A stretch of 63,401 nt of DNA, counting the filler, from Cercozoa sp. M6MM (Eukaryota > Protista > Endomyxa: Ascetosporea), in assembly GCA_040357565.1 (NCBI GenBank). It is 10 parts of 10 records of this genome, joined end to end, with 100 filler letters (N's around TTAATTAATTAA, not from the genome) between each part and the next. Parts side by side here need not be neighbours in the genome. Positions count along the whole stretch, not along the records: positions 35,473 to 54,004 come from JBDODJ010000232.1; positions 54,105 to 59,298 come from JBDODJ010000952.1; positions 59,399 to 61,703 come from JBDODJ010001801.1; positions 61,804 to 63,401 come from JBDODJ010001980.1; 6 more parts are not named here. One strand, 5' to 3'. Within the stretch, counting starts at the first letter, position 1. Each line of letters starts with the position of its first letter. The position numbers and the translations under genes were made by a program. Below the pieces are notes generated by a model. The model was not told the DNA's origin, made no database searches, and was given only the letters and a program-made list of their open reading frames with translations. Positions 50,736 to 63,401 of the stretch are shown piece after piece.

Positions 50736-53700
50736 ATGCACCACGAAATCAGGTAACAAACAAAAAACAAAAACAAAAAAAAGCGCAGGTGAAAATGTGT
50801 TTGTGCTGCTTTCCAGAGGCCTGAAGAACTTCATCGTGGAGCTGCACAAGCAGTGCAAGACTCCGCGACTGGAGCATGCGCGAATCATGAAGGAAATGGG
50901 CAAGATCCGCGCGGCCTTTGCCAAGAGCAAGGTGGGTCGGTGCGTCGTCTCGCTTTGCTTGAAAGCACACGTGTGCTTTGTGTGCAGGTGAGTGCGTATG
51001 ACAAGAAGAAGTACGTCTGGAAGATCGTGTACATGTACATGCTGGGCTACGACGTCGACTTTGGGCACCAGCAGGCCATCGAGCTGCTGGCGTCGCCCAA
51101 GTACAGCGAGAAGTCCGTGGGTTACATGGCACTCGCCATCATGCTGAGTGAGCATCCTGACTTGGTGTCTTGCCCTCTTACCTCTTTCTACCCTTGCTTC
51201 TATTCCTACCTCTACCCTCTACCCCTGCCCTTCACCCCTACCCCTACCTACCCCTACCATTTACCCCCTCCCCTACCACTTACCCCCTCCTGCCCACCAG
51301 GTGCGTCTGTGCACGCAAGCGTTCAAGTCGGACCTGAGCAGCGGCGACAAGCGGTTCGCATGCCTGGCACTGCACTGCATCGCCAACGTAGGCGGACGCG
51401 GACTGGCCGAGACACTGGGCCAGGAGGTGCTGCGCCTGCTGTGCGCAGGCGGCACGCGCAGCTTCGTGAAGAAGAAGGCGGCCCTCGCACTGCTGCGCAT
51501 GTTCCGCGCGGCTCCCGATCTGATCGAACATGACACGTGGGCGCCGCGCATCGTGTCGCTCCTGGACCAGACCAACGTGGGCGTGCTGCTCAGTGTGACC
51601 ACGCTGCTGTCGGCCCTGGCTACGGCAGCACCCGGCTACTACAGCATCGCGGCACCCAAGGCCACCGACGTGCTGCACCGACTGTCCACTGGTGCCAGTG
51701 TCTGTCCGCAGGGATACATGTACTACCAGACGCCGTCACCTTGGCTACAGATCAAACTGATGCGCCTGCTGCAGCGCTTCGAAGTCGACGTGCTCACGGC
51801 TGTACCCTACCTACCCTCCCCTGTCCTGACCCACCCTACCCTACCCTACCCTGTCCCTACCCTACCCTATCCTACCCTACCCTGCCTACCCTGCCCTACC
51901 CTACCCTACCCTACCCCTACCTCTACCCCTCTACCCTGCTCTTACCCTACCCCTACCCTACCCCTCCCCTCATTGGCCCAGGAACTGAGCGGCCACGTGC
52001 AGAACGCGCTGAAGCAGACGCTGCAGTTCGTGTTTTCGCGCACCGAGGTCACCAAGAACTCCAACAAGAACAATGCCGATCATGCCATTCTGTTCGAGGC
52101 TGTGCGACTCGTGTTGCACCTCAAGGTAGCTTTTATCCTCCCTCCCTCCCCCACCCACGCACCCTCTCTTACCCCACCCATCCCTGGACACAGTCGTGGT
52201 TCGAAACGGGCGACCCGCTGTTCGAAAGTGCCGTGTCTCGTCTCGTGAGCTACCTCGAAGTGAAGGAGGCGAACTTCCGCTTCCTGGGACTCTCTATGCT
52301 GGCGCGTCTGGCGCGTCTCCGCGGGCAAGAGGTGCGAAGCTTATCTTTTGCTTTGCTTTTCACTTTTGCTTTTCGCTTTGCTTCTGCTTCCGCTCTTGCT
52401 TTCGCTTGTTATTTTGCTTTGGCTTGTTGTTTTGCTTCGCTTGTTGTTTTGCCCGTTGATCAGTGATGCGAGAAACCGAAAAGCGAAAGCAGCGAAAAAC
52501 AAAATGATGTTGTTGCTACAGGACCCGTCGGTGATGAGAGCGATCACGCGACACATGCCAAAGATCAAAGCGACGCTGCACGACAGCGACATTTCGATTC
52601 AGCGACGCGCGTTGGCGCTGTTGTTCGAAGTGGCCGACGCCAAGAAGGCGAACGAAGTGCTTGAGCTGCTGCTCGAGTTGCTGGAGCACTGCGCATTTGA
52701 ACTCAAGTCGGTACATCTATTTTGCTTTGCTGTGAGTTGCTTTGAGTTGAGTTGCTTTGAGTTGAGTTGCTTCGCTTTGAGTTGAGTTGAGTTGCTTTTC
52801 TTTGAGTTGAGTTGCTTTAAGTAGGAACTGGTGATCAAGATCGCCGTGATTGCGGAAAAGTACCAGAACGGTCTCTCGTACGTGCAGACGACGCTGCAGC
52901 TGCTGAGCATTGCTCCAGCGCACGTGAATGACGAAGTTTGGTTCCGCGCGGTTCGACTTGTCACTAACGACGAGAGTCTGCAGGTTTACCCTCCCCCGTA
53001 TCTCCTTACCCCCTCCCCTATCCCTATCCCCCTGGTGCAGTTGGCGGCCGCGCGCATGTGCGTGCAAGTGCTGCAGCAGCGCGCTGAGTCGCTGCACGAG
53101 AACGCCGTGCGTTTCCTGGCCTACATGCTCGGCGAGTTCGGTCAGCTCGTGCTTGACTCCAACGGTGCGTTGTTTCTTTTGTTGTGTTTTTGTTGTTTTT
53201 CTGTTTTTTGTGTTTTTGTTGGTTTTTTGTTGTTGCTTTTGGTGTTTCGTTGTTGGTTTTGTTGTTGTTTTTTGTTCGTTTTGTTATTTTTTGCTTGTTG
53301 TTGTTTTTGTTGTTTTTTGTTGTATGTATGTTTGCCTTGGTAGAAACGCGACTGGGCGAGATCTTTGACCTGCTGCACGAGCACCTGGCGCGCGTGACGG
53401 AGCGCGCGCAGGCCGAGCTGCTGTCGGCCTTCATGAAGTTCGTCGTGATCGCGTCGGCTGAGGTGCCGTTTCTCCCGCGGCGTTTCTCTTGTTGTTTGTT
53501 GTTGTTGTTGTTTTCTTGTTGTTGTTGTTTTCTTGTTGTTGTTTTCTTTGTTTCGTGTAATTGTTTTTTTTTCTTGTTGTTGTTTTGTTGTTGTTTTTCC
53601 GTGCTGTTGTTGTTTTTCATATTGTTGTTGTTGTTTTTTGTTGTTGTTTCGTGTTGTTTGTTGTTTGTTTGTTTGTTGTTGTTTGTTTGTTGTTGTTGTT

Positions 53701-53947
53701 TCGTGTTTNNNNNNNNNNTTGTTTCGTGTTGTTTGTTGATGTTTGTTTGTTTGTTGTTGTTTGTTGTTGTTTGTTGTTGTTTGTTGGTTGTGGTGAATTT
53801 GTTGTTTTTGCAGGACGACAGCGGCACGAGCGAGCGCATCCGCGCGGTGATCGCGCGGCGGCAGGGCGCGCTGGACCTCGAGCTGCAGCAACGCGCCGTC
53901 GAATACGGCGTCATGCAGCGCATGCTCGGCGCGCACAACATGCTGGG
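50736..53947 (+). CDS. AP2A: AP-2 complex subunit alpha (alpha-adaptin), 3' partial
   Basis: IRGLKNFI..KEMGKIRAAF; YDKKKYVWKIVYMYMLGYDVDFGH..SPKYSEKSVGY; ALHCIANVG; VKKKAALALLRMFR; PSPWLQIKLMRLLQ; KNNADHAILFEA; DSDISIQRRAL; DLELQQRAVEY. Confidence 0.96.
51803..51970 (+). repeat. Intronic (CCCTA)n array; same unit at 62480-62625 and, on the minus strand, 54910-55020
   Basis: Directly visible between AP2A exons. Confidence 0.93.
53485..53810 (+). repeat. Intronic degenerate (TTG)n tract; also 53170-53325, and minus-strand 6085-6170, 12055-12215
   Basis: Directly visible. Confidence 0.9.
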
Positions 53948-54104
53948 TACCCTTACCCCCCCTACCCCCTACCTCCTACCCCATACCCCTACCCCTCCCC
54001 CTTTNNNNNNNNNNNNNNNNNNNNNNNNNNNNNNNNNNNNNNNNNNNNTTAATTAATTAANNNNNNNNNNNNNNNNNNNNNNNNNNNNNNNNNNNNNNNN
54101 NNNN

Positions 54105-54664
54105 GCTCTCGGTCTCGCTCTCGACCGTCGTGTCCTCGTCCGCCTTCTTTTGCTTCTTGCCGTCCGCCTTCTGCTTCTTGCTGTGACAGTCGGGGGGGGG
54201 GTATGAAGGCAATTAATGGAGGGAGGGAAGGGCTTACGATGACACGTTCTCCTTGCGCTTCGGCGGCAACTCGGCGGCCCAACGACCGCGCTTGGCAGCT
54301 GCGCACACATGCGATGTGTCTTACCCCTTTACCCCCTTACATGGCCATATGTAATACCGATGGCCTCCTTGTAGGCCTTGAACATGGCCGGCTTGTTCTT
54401 GGGCGGGCCTAGAGACACACACATATGGAGGGTAAAGGGGGGTAAGAGGTTAAAGAGGTACCGCGGGCCTCGGCAAAACCAGCCGCCACGACGAGAACAG
54501 CCACGTCGCTCTTGCTGCCACTGGAGGGGGGGGGGGGGGTAAACGGGAGGAGGGGTAGGGAAAGNNNNNNNNNNNNNNNNNNNNNNNNNNNNNNNNNNNN
54601 NNNNNNNNNNNNNNNNNNNNNNNNNNNNNNNNNNNNNNNNNNNNNNNNNNNNNNNNNNNNNNNN

Positions 54665-54703
<39 letters not shown>

Positions 54704-55924
54704 AAAGCTACGGTGATGCGGAAGTGCACGGCCTTGCCGAGCAACGTTCGGCGAAGGAACTCGCGCGCCTGCCATGCGAACGGCTCGTCGCGCCTGCCGA
54801 AAGGAACGGAGGGTAGGGGGGGTCGAGGGGTAACACAAACACTACGTGTGGCCACGAGCGCGACGGAAACGCGGCGCCACGATGCTGTCAATGCCAAGCA
54901 CCTGCACCCAAGGGGTAGGGGTAAGAATAGGTGGTAGGGGTAGGTAGGGTAGGTAGGAGGTAGGGTAGGTAGGAGGTAGGGTAGGTAGGAGGTAGGGTAG
55001 GTAGACCGAGTAGGGGTAGGGAGGTTTAAATGTCTGATATAATGACTACCTTCTCAGTGCCTTCAGCGCCCACAAGAACAACAGTGTCGCCACTCAGCAC
55101 GCTCTGGGGGGGGGGGGGGGCCCCGCCGGGCGAAAAGCCGGGGGAGGGGGTGCAGTACCTTGACAGTGGCCTTGTAGAAGGGACCCTTCTTCTTGCGCCG
55201 AGTCTCTTCCTCGGCTACACAGACGGTTAGGGTAGGAATCAATGGGGACGGGGCAAGACAGGGTACCCTCCGGGACAGGCTCGGACACGCGCGTGAAACC
55301 TTCAGGAACTGGCGGCGCGTTGGCCTCCTCCTGTATGTGCACACAAGCATGCCATGATTACCCACACGACCCTTACTGCCCTGCGGTTGAGGTCACCTCC
55401 TTGAGGCGACGCAGACGCTCCTTCTCGCGCTTCAGTGCGGCGGCCTGCTCGCGCTTCTGGCGGCGCAGCGACTCGCCCAGCAGCGCACGTCGCGGCACGA
55501 ACGTGTTGGCTACACCGAGAGGTACATGGGGATAAAGGGCCATCCATGTCAGACAGGCCAAAATAAGGAACAGTACTGTGCTGCACGGGACCCAGAGCCG
55601 GGAACGACGACTCATCGATTTTGATCGACTGCTGTTAGACACAACACTTAGGCTGCGACAACACACCCAACTTGGGGGAAGACAAGGATACCTTCTCCTC
55701 CGGTTTCTCCTGCTGCTGCTGCGGCTGCTGCAGTTCCGGCTTAGATTGAGTGACCTCGGGCGTGCTCACCTGTAAGTATTAACAAGCAGCAGCACAAACC
55801 CAGTAACCCAGTTGAAACAGACTCTAGCTTTCACTATTGATACCTGGGCAGGCGCGCCAATGCCAATCGGCAGACCGAGCGGGTCCGACGCAAACATCGA
55901 GTCATCAGGCGACCACGAGGACAT
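54105..55924 (-). CDS. Staphylococcal-nuclease-like (Tudor-SN/SND1-type) domain protein with long N-terminal extension, 3' partial
   Basis: YKATVKSVLSGDTVVL..VLGIDSIVAPRF..RDEPFAWQAREFLRRTLLGKAVHFRI..DVAVLVVAAGFAE matches the first SN domain of SND1. Confidence 0.75.
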
Positions 55925-56728
55925 TGTTTCTGCGAGCAGACGGCACGTATAGCAGTCAGCCAACCAGCAAAACAAACAAAAGCAAAACAAGCAAAAGCAA
56001 AACAATAGCAAGCAAAACAATAGCAAAAGCAAATCACCACACCAGGTTTCAAAAAACCAAAACAGAGTGAAATTGACATGCCGAAGCTAACGAATCCAGC
56101 GTGCCTGGAATGTGTGCAAAATACAGTTATGCACCCAAAGAAATGTCACAACGTGCGCACGTGCGCAGAACAATCACTAGCGGATTGTTCAACAACTTGT
56201 TTTTGTGGCAACATTGACATTTCGTCATTCGCGCTGCACACTGTGCGCATAGTACCTCGTGCTCGTCTTGTCGCAATGCCAGCAAGCAAGAAAACTGCCT
56301 CGCGTGTGCTCAGCAGCTGGGGCCGGTCGTCCATGGACTTTGTTGAGGCGCTCCCTTAAAAAAATAGTTCTTTAGTTTTAGCGACTTTAAAACGCTTAGA
56401 TTTACTACGACTACTTCATTAACTATGTCAATTGTGCGTCTGGCGACTTTAAAGCGTTTCAGCTGACCAAAAGAACAAAACTACTGTTGTGTTCAACGGT
56501 CCATCAACGCGTCCATTTGGACGTAACGATCATTCTGGAACGTCAACACTTCTTTTCTCGTTTGAGACGCTTCAGCGCGAATTACGGCACGCTCACGGTA
56601 TCTGATGCCCTAGAGCGCACTACGCGCGCATGCGCGTGTGCCCTTGAGCATTTTGCACAAGGGCCACGTGTTTCCGCACAAGTGCCGCATTTTGTCATTG
56701 ATCCCTTTTGTCGTTTAGAACTCGCAAA

Positions 56729-57059
56729 ATGGCTGGTGGTAGCCCTGCTTCTGTCGCTTTCGTCCGCATTGCCTGGTACCACATCATGGAAGTCGATATT
56801 GATAACACCCAGCTGCTGCTTATTACTGCGGATTGCTTGGATAGCGGCGTGTCGTGCGCTTCGGTCATGTTCTACCCGTCGTACCGCAAGAACCTCGACA
56901 TGACGGTTCCCACCAAGTACGGTCAGGAGCTGACCCAGACTGTCGATTTCCAGAAGCCGATGGTAAACCACACATTTTGTTCTGTCGCTGGATCATTGGA
57001 GGTGAAATTATCTTCGTCCTGTTTCCCTGCAGTTCCCGACCGCCACGCAGGAAGAGTAA
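56729..57059 (+). CDS. Small (~63 aa) protein of unknown function
   Basis: MAGGSPASVAFVRIAC/GVSCASVMFYPSYRKNLDMTVPTKYGQELTQTVDFQKPM/FPTATQEE* with two GT-AG introns and C/G-ending codons. Confidence 0.55.
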
Positions 57060-57343
57060 ATTCGCGCGTGCGATCAGGTGCTTCGCCGCTGAGTCGCCAG
57101 TAATTACTGGTTCGGTTACTGACTCAGTGACGGCGGGACGTTTTCAGTTTGACTCAATGAGTTAATGTACTGACAATACCGGATCGGATGCTGGCTCAAC
57201 TGATCAGCATTTTGGGTTATGCGCCGTTCTGAATTTATCGCGGTCCAATGACTCGCCATCATCCATTTCCAAAGAGTTTAGTTTTAAACGGCCATCGGCA
57301 GTAACTAACGCGTTTCCGACGTGCACGTGACGCCATCGTGAAA

Positions 57344-57785
57344 CTAGGCCATGTTTTGTTTGCCCATTTCAACCATGCGGAAGACGTTGCCGGTCACCCT
57401 ATAGGGTGAGCCAGGACACGCATGCAGAGGCACAATCAGGATGAAACATGTGTAGTGGGAACGTACATGAGCGACTCCATGTACTTGAGCGCACATCGAT
57501 CAACGCAGCGCATTTCGCCAATGTTCAAATCGGGCCGCATTTTGTGCGTGATGCACTTCTCGTAGCACTGTCGCGACATGCTGCACACAAGCACACATAG
57601 GTCCACACAAGCACACACAGACACACACACACAGACACAGGCACAGACACAGACACAGACACAGACACACACACACACAAAACGTACTGTCGGAACATGT
57701 TCTGCATGCCTTCGACCTCGGCGAGAGCCTGCTTGAGCTGCGGCGTCATCTGCGGGTCGCGCGCTGTGCTGTTGAAGAAACTCAT
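57344..57785 (-). CDS. TIM10: Mitochondrial intermembrane-space chaperone Tim10
   Basis: ALAEVEGMQNMFRHMSRQCYEKC...DLNIGEMRCVDRCALKY; twin CX3C motif; 3 exons. Confidence 0.9.
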
Positions 57786-58064
57786 TTTGTGGTTCTGTTT
57801 CCGTGCTAGCGCGCAATCACAGCCTTGCCGCCAAAAACAAAACTGCTCAAGCACGTTGCAAGGCACTGCGTAGCGTCCGTACTGTACTGTACGAGCACGT
57901 TTCTCAAAAACGCAACGCACTTAAATATAGCCACACCGCAACAAAATAATCACAGTGTCTCTGTGGAGAGTAGAACGTGCGTTGGAGTGGTAGCACGTTA
58001 CGTGTCACAAAGTTCAACCTATTAATTGAGCGGAAACGAAGGTATCGTGGCAGCAAGAGTGAGG

Positions 58065-59271
58065 ATGTCGGTGTCGCAAGAACAGCGAGACGCGTTCTTT
58101 TCGACACTGCGCTCGCAGCTCGCCAATCGCAAGGTGCACCGATGTGCCTCTATCCTTGCGTTTACGTGTGTTGGATTGTATCATGTGCGCAGTGCTTTGA
58201 CTGTCCGCGTGCGAACCCACAGTGGGTACACTCGCTCGGTGTGTGGGTGCCATGTGTGTCGTCTGTGCACCCTGTCGTGTGTCCAGGCCTCGGTGACTCA
58301 CGGCGTGTTTCTGTGCATCAAGTGCAGCGGTGCACACCGTTCGCTTGGGTACCTCTCTGTTTAGGCTAACTGCACCTATGTGCACATGTATGTGGTATAC
58401 CTGTATGTGTATACATGTGCGTATGTGTGTATGCCTAAAGAGTACACCTGTCGTTCGTACGTTCGCCGTCGTTGGATGACTGGACGCCTGCGCAACTGCG
58501 GCAGATGTACGCAACTCCTGTTTTTTCTGCCTCAATGGGTTGTAGGCTAGGTGGGACCCTTGCACTGGGATCCTTGTACTGGGATCCTTGTTCTGGGATC
58601 CTTGTACTGGGACCTTGTGCCAGTACGGTTGGTGTGTGGATAGGGCGGCTGGCGGCAATGCGGCGGCGACGGCCTTCTTCGCGCAGCACGGCTGGCGCAG
58701 CTCGGCCGCTTGCGACCATCGACGAAAGTAGTTGCCTCCTTTAATTTCCCCGCCCCCGTTGTCTCCTTGACCCCCCCTGTTACCCTCAGGTACACGTCGG
58801 ACGCAGCGCGACTGTGGAAGCAGCAGGTGGCGCAGCGAGCAGCCACGGCGGACTTGAACGCTTTCGGCATCACTGCTGCTGCCGACACCAGTCGCACTAA
58901 AAGCACTACTGCCGGCACGACGACACCTCGAGAGCAGGAACACACGACGGCAGTCGAGTATGTCTTCTTCGCCCTTTACTTGTTTGCCATTGCTCTCCTG
59001 CCCCTTGTATCTTTCCACTTACCCCTTTGACTCGTTACCCCTTGCACTCGAATAGAGCAGCGATCCGTTCGCTGTCGCCGTCGAACTCTTCACGTTCGGT
59101 AGTTTACCTCCTATCCCTACTCCCTGTTACCCTACCCCTCCCTGTTACCCTACCTTCCTTGTCACCCTACCCTCCCTGTTACCCTACCCCTCCCTGTTAC
59201 TGTTGCTACCCTATTGGACAGAGCGCCGAAAATCTGATGGCGAAACCGCAATCGGCGGAACAGCCACAAGT
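58065..59271 (+). CDS. ARF GTPase-activating protein (ARFGAP2/3, Glo3-like), 3' partial
   Basis: [74 protein letters not shown]. Confidence 0.92.
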
Positions 59272-59399
59272 GGTATATTTACAAGTACCCCCCCCCCCNN
59301 NNNNNNNNNNNNNNNNNNNNNNNNNNNNNNNNNNNNNNNNNNTTAATTAATTAANNNNNNNNNNNNNNNNNNNNNNNNNNNNNNNNNNNNNNNNNNNNG

Positions 59400-59430
<31 letters not shown>

Positions 59431-59444
59431 TGTGTGTGTGTGTA

Positions 59445-60446
59445 CTGAAAAGCGCCGCTGGACTCCCCGGGGGAAATGGACTGCTTGCTTTTCGAGTGAG
59501 CCTTGCTCGGGCTTCAAAACAGAGATCAGTTGAGCGTAGAAGATGAAATTCCCACTGAGCCAGTACGATGGAAGATAGTTACATCCAAAGCCCAAAAGTC
59601 ACAAACGTGCTGTGAACAGGAGGCGAGCAAGTATCGGCTCGTGGGTCGGCGCTTCGCATCGCGCACACGACCTCCCCAAGCAACGAACGAACTGGGACAT
59701 CTTCGCAGACCGATAGCAAACAGTCAAAGCTGGGAATCTAGTAACACTGAATATCAATCTGTTGCAGTTTTACCCTGAATGAGAGACACTGACGAGCATT
59801 CCTGTTTGACAATGGAAAATCAGCATCGTTCCGTCTGCGCTTGCAGTTGCCCTGTTTCGAGATGTGCATGTGTTTAAACGAAAGACCCGTTGCATGCTGC
59901 AGTTTACAAGAAGAGGCCGTCTGTTGAAAACGCGGCGCACGTTACTGGAGCATCGTGTGCCTGAAAAAGATGAGTAAACACCAAGGCTTCGTTGGAAAAA
60001 GTAACAGTTTTTTTTTTTACAGTGAGTGTGTGTGCTGGTGTCAGTGTGGTATCCCACTGTGCATCTTTGTCATGAACTACACAGAATTTTGTACAATCCT
60101 ACGGCGCCAATCCAGGAGCTTCTATGCTTACGACCTAGAGAAGACAGATCCCACAAGACTACATCGTTTGCACTGCAAGCAGCCAAATGCTTTCCGCAAG
60201 GTGACAGTGCAAGCAGGTGAACTGAAATATATAGATGTAGCACTGAGGCGCTGAGTGAGGTATGCATACAGTACCAACCTCGATATGACCTTTTAAAAAC
60301 GATGTCTTGTGCGTGTCGAAGCGACTGCGGATAATGACATTTGCACCCACCGCTTGCAAGATAGCGTTGTCACTAGGGTGCAAGAGAACAGCGCTCGGCG
60401 ATGCTCCCGTCGCCAATGATTCAAGCTCCAGCACAAGGTCTGTCAT
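59445..60446 (-). CDS. WD40-repeat protein (N-terminus reminiscent of CFAP52/WDR90), 3' partial
   Basis: LELES..LHPSDNAILQAVGANVII..SFLKGH..LALSPCGKHLAA..VVLWD; AHDAPVTCAAFSTDG..ATASADGTMLIF. Confidence 0.75.
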
Positions 60447-60799
60447 GTGGCTGTATCACACCGTGTTCGTTTGTGCTTCCCCAGAGTGAACTTCGACAAG
60501 GTGTACTTCAGATGGTGCTGTTTGTTCACACAAAGTGCTCAAAGCGCGGTGATGCACCTCAAACACGCTTAGCCTGCTATCTGTCACAATATACCATATT
60601 TTATCATTTCCGCGCGGAGTCGTCCCCTGGACCAGCAAAGCATCCGTCGCAGCTGTCTTCTGTTCGTTGATATTTTTCGTTTCAAACGTCGTCCATCGTC
60701 TGATCTGGACTTTTACTTTTTTATATGTATAGTGTCGTGCGTGTACGAATCTCGCACTACAAACTAAACGAAAGATATTTGTCTTTAGACTAGAAGAAC

Positions 60800-61162
60800 G
60801 CGGACGAGTCGTCAGAGTAGGGCGGCGTGACGAGGCCAAATGGCACTTGACTGTTCGGACCGCTCGTGCTGTCGAACGGCAAGTGAAGATCCAATGACGG
60901 AAGCGAATTGCCATCCCTGCGCAAAATAACCTATCGTTTCTGCATCTAGTATGCCTCGCAAGCAAAGCGGCGGTACGAATGCCACAGGTCGAAAGGATCG
61001 TCATTGTCCTAAACATCCAAGAACACAATAATGCACAGCGACGGTAGAACTGCGAATTATCGCACCGGCGCAGGTTGACTAAACAAGTCGAATTCCGGCG
61101 AAAACGAAGGTTTTCTTTGCATGCTCGGCATGGCCATTGGACCATCTACGGAGAACACACAC

Positions 61163-61256
<94 letters not shown>

Positions 61257-61675
61257 CAAACATGAACCGACAAGCACACAACACAAGCACTGCAGCTACC
61301 AAAGTCCGGAAATGCGTCAGACGAAAAGTCAGACAGCAAGCCACTGCCTCGCTCGTCGCAGTGCAGGCCAGCGCTACCATCCTGGTGTGCACTCGCAAGG
61401 GTGCGCATTGCGTTGGACCGCGTTGGAGTGGAAACACCCTGGCAGTTTGGAGTCGAGAGAGGCGTGCTGCCACCCGAGACCGGCAGCAGCGACGACGGCG
61501 ACGGCAGCGGAATCGGCATCATCCAGTCCTCCTCGTGCTTGAACACGTCTTGGCTGGGCAGCGTGTGCAGCACCTGCAGCAGCATGCTCTCCATCTCGTC
61601 GTGTGTCGTGGGTGCCAGTGCGGCTACTTGCGCAGGCGCCGGAGGCAGCGAGCCACCTGTCCGTTGGTCCAACAA
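60800..61675 (-). CDS. 3' part of a hypothetical low-complexity protein (5' partial)
   Basis: Exon THDEMESMLLQVLHTLPSQDVF...SSDAFPDF, (TG)n intron, then DGPMAMPSMQRKPSFSPEFDLF. Confidence 0.45.
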
Positions 61676-61803
61676 TAGAAAAACACACACACACACACAC
61701 ACANNNNNNNNNNNNNNNNNNNNNNNNNNNNNNNNNNNNNNNNNNNNTTAATTAATTAANNNNNNNNNNNNNNNNNNNNNNNNNNNNNNNNNNNNNNNNN
61801 NNN

Positions 61804-63379
61804 GTGCCACCAGCCGCGGCAGCGGGTATTCGCGGCAACTTTATTATCGCTGACAAAGAGACTTCGGTATGCTGTGTCTTTTCACCCTCTAGCCTCCTAC
61901 CCCTCTTACCCCTATCCCTCTTACCCCTAGCTTACCCCCTTTAACGCCTCTTACCCAGGAAATGTTGGTGCGTGACGTGCTGCTGGAACTGGCGCAATCA
62001 GACGACATGCTACTTTTGCCCGCGAGCAAGGGCGTCGTTGAAACTACAGTAGACCGACCTAGACCNNNNNNNNNNNNNNNNNNNNNNNNNNNNNNNNNNN
62101 NNNNNNNNNNNNNNNNNNNNNNNNNNNNNNNNNNNNNNNNNNNNNNNNNNNNNNNNNNNNNNNNNCCCACATAGCCCCCCCCCCCCCCCCCCCCCCCCCG
62201 CCGCCCGCTACATTTTCCTCGCCCAACCCCCGTGTTGACCGCAGGATCACTTGGTCGGCTTAATCTCGGAGCTTAAACGTCAACGCATCTGTCCCAAGCT
62301 GTACTACCAAGGTAGTATCCTTACCCTTGGCCTATGTGTTACTTCCTTTACCTCCCTCCCCTCCCCCTCCCGTTCCTCTCGTGCAGGAGCAGTGCAGCAG
62401 CTCGAGAAAACTTCCGAAGATGATCCCGAACGAGAACTCCTACTTTTACAACGAAAATGTAGCAACACGCTATCCTACCATACTCTACCCTACCTTACCC
62501 TACCCTACCCTACCTTACCCTACCCTACCTTNNNNNNNNNNCCCTACCCTACCTTACCCTACCCTACCTTACCCTACCCTACCCTACCCTACCCTACCCT
62601 ACCCTACCCTACCCTACCCTACCTATACATATGCGACAGCTTTCCACTCGGTGTACAAGGCATACCAGGCGAAGTTGAAGGTACTGCAGGGAACTACAAG
62701 AGCAGGGGGGAATGGTAAAGACCGATCCTATCTGTGTCGACAGGAAGGCGGCATGCTCGACTTTGACGATCTGATTCTGCGCGTGTACGAACTGCTTGAG
62801 GTCTGCACACCTGCTATCTGGAAGGGGGTAAACAGAAGCCAAACGGAGAGGGTGAGGTGTGCAGGCAGGAGTGCACCTCGATCTGGGCAATTTGCGACAC
62901 GTGCTCGTTGACGAGTTTCAGTACATCCCACATCTTTACCCCCTTAATACCTCAATACCCCTCCCCTCAATACCCCTAAATACCCCCTCCCCTCAATACC
63001 CCCTCTCCTCAATGCCCACTCAATACCCCCTCCCCTCAATACCCCTCAATACCCACTCAATACCCTCCCCTCAATACCCCCTCCCCCAGGGACACGAACG
63101 ACACGCAGTTCCGCATAGCGTCGTTGCTGGCGAAGCGACATGAGTCGCCGTCGATCTTTGCCGTAGGCGACCTCAACCAGTCGATCTACGCCTGGCGCGG
63201 TGCCACGCCCGACAGCAACTTCAGCGCGCTCGAGAACGGCTTCGACACGGGTGCTCCCTTTACCCCCTCCCTTTTTTACCCCCCCCCCCCTTTTTACCCC
63301 TTTTTTACCCCTTGTTACGCCTCTTTTACCCCCTCCCCGTGGTAATGTAGACATGTTTGAGGAAGTGCATCTCACCAAG
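61804..63379 (+). CDS. UvrD/PcrA/Srs2-type SF1 DNA helicase, internal fragment
   Basis: NFIIAD; YQAKLKEGGMLDFDDLI; RHVLVDEFQDTNDTQF; FAVGDLNQSIYAWRGA (motifs II and III), split by GT-AG introns. Confidence 0.92.
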
Positions 63380-63401
63380 GTGATACTTACCCCCCCCCCC
63401 C

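Overview
Eukaryotic nuclear DNA from a compact, intron-dense protist, read with the standard genetic code and GT-AG introns mostly ~50-80 nt long. The window is ten short contigs joined by artificial N44-TTAATTAATTAA-N44 linkers, so gene order across linkers is meaningless. Recognisable spliced genes: Kelch-repeat protein, PPTC7-like PP2C, WASP/SCAR-type VCA protein, mitochondrial F1 beta, CH-CH...PH actin-binding protein, RRP45, SNF2 ATPase (fragment assembled twice), P4-ATPase, CNBD-family K+ channel, XK-like membrane protein, USP, ADP/ATP carrier, AP-2 alpha, Tudor-SN-like nuclease, TIM10, ArfGAP, a WD40 protein and a UvrD/Srs2 helicase. There are also several hypothetical genes and decayed LINE remnants. 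No RNA genes or CRISPR arrays were seen. Most unusual signals: (1) introns of unrelated genes are filled with telomere-like TACCC-core tandem arrays whose long copies are C-rich on the transcript strand, alongside other shared intron motif families and a GT(A/G)C donor bias; (2) a divergent F1-beta with a ~115-aa acidic N-terminal extension, an altered DELSEED motif and a 12-nt microexon; (3) a probable mitochondrial PP2C pseudophosphatase. Gene models were spliced by eye, so boundaries of the hypothetical genes are approximate, and taxonomy cannot be fixed from this window.
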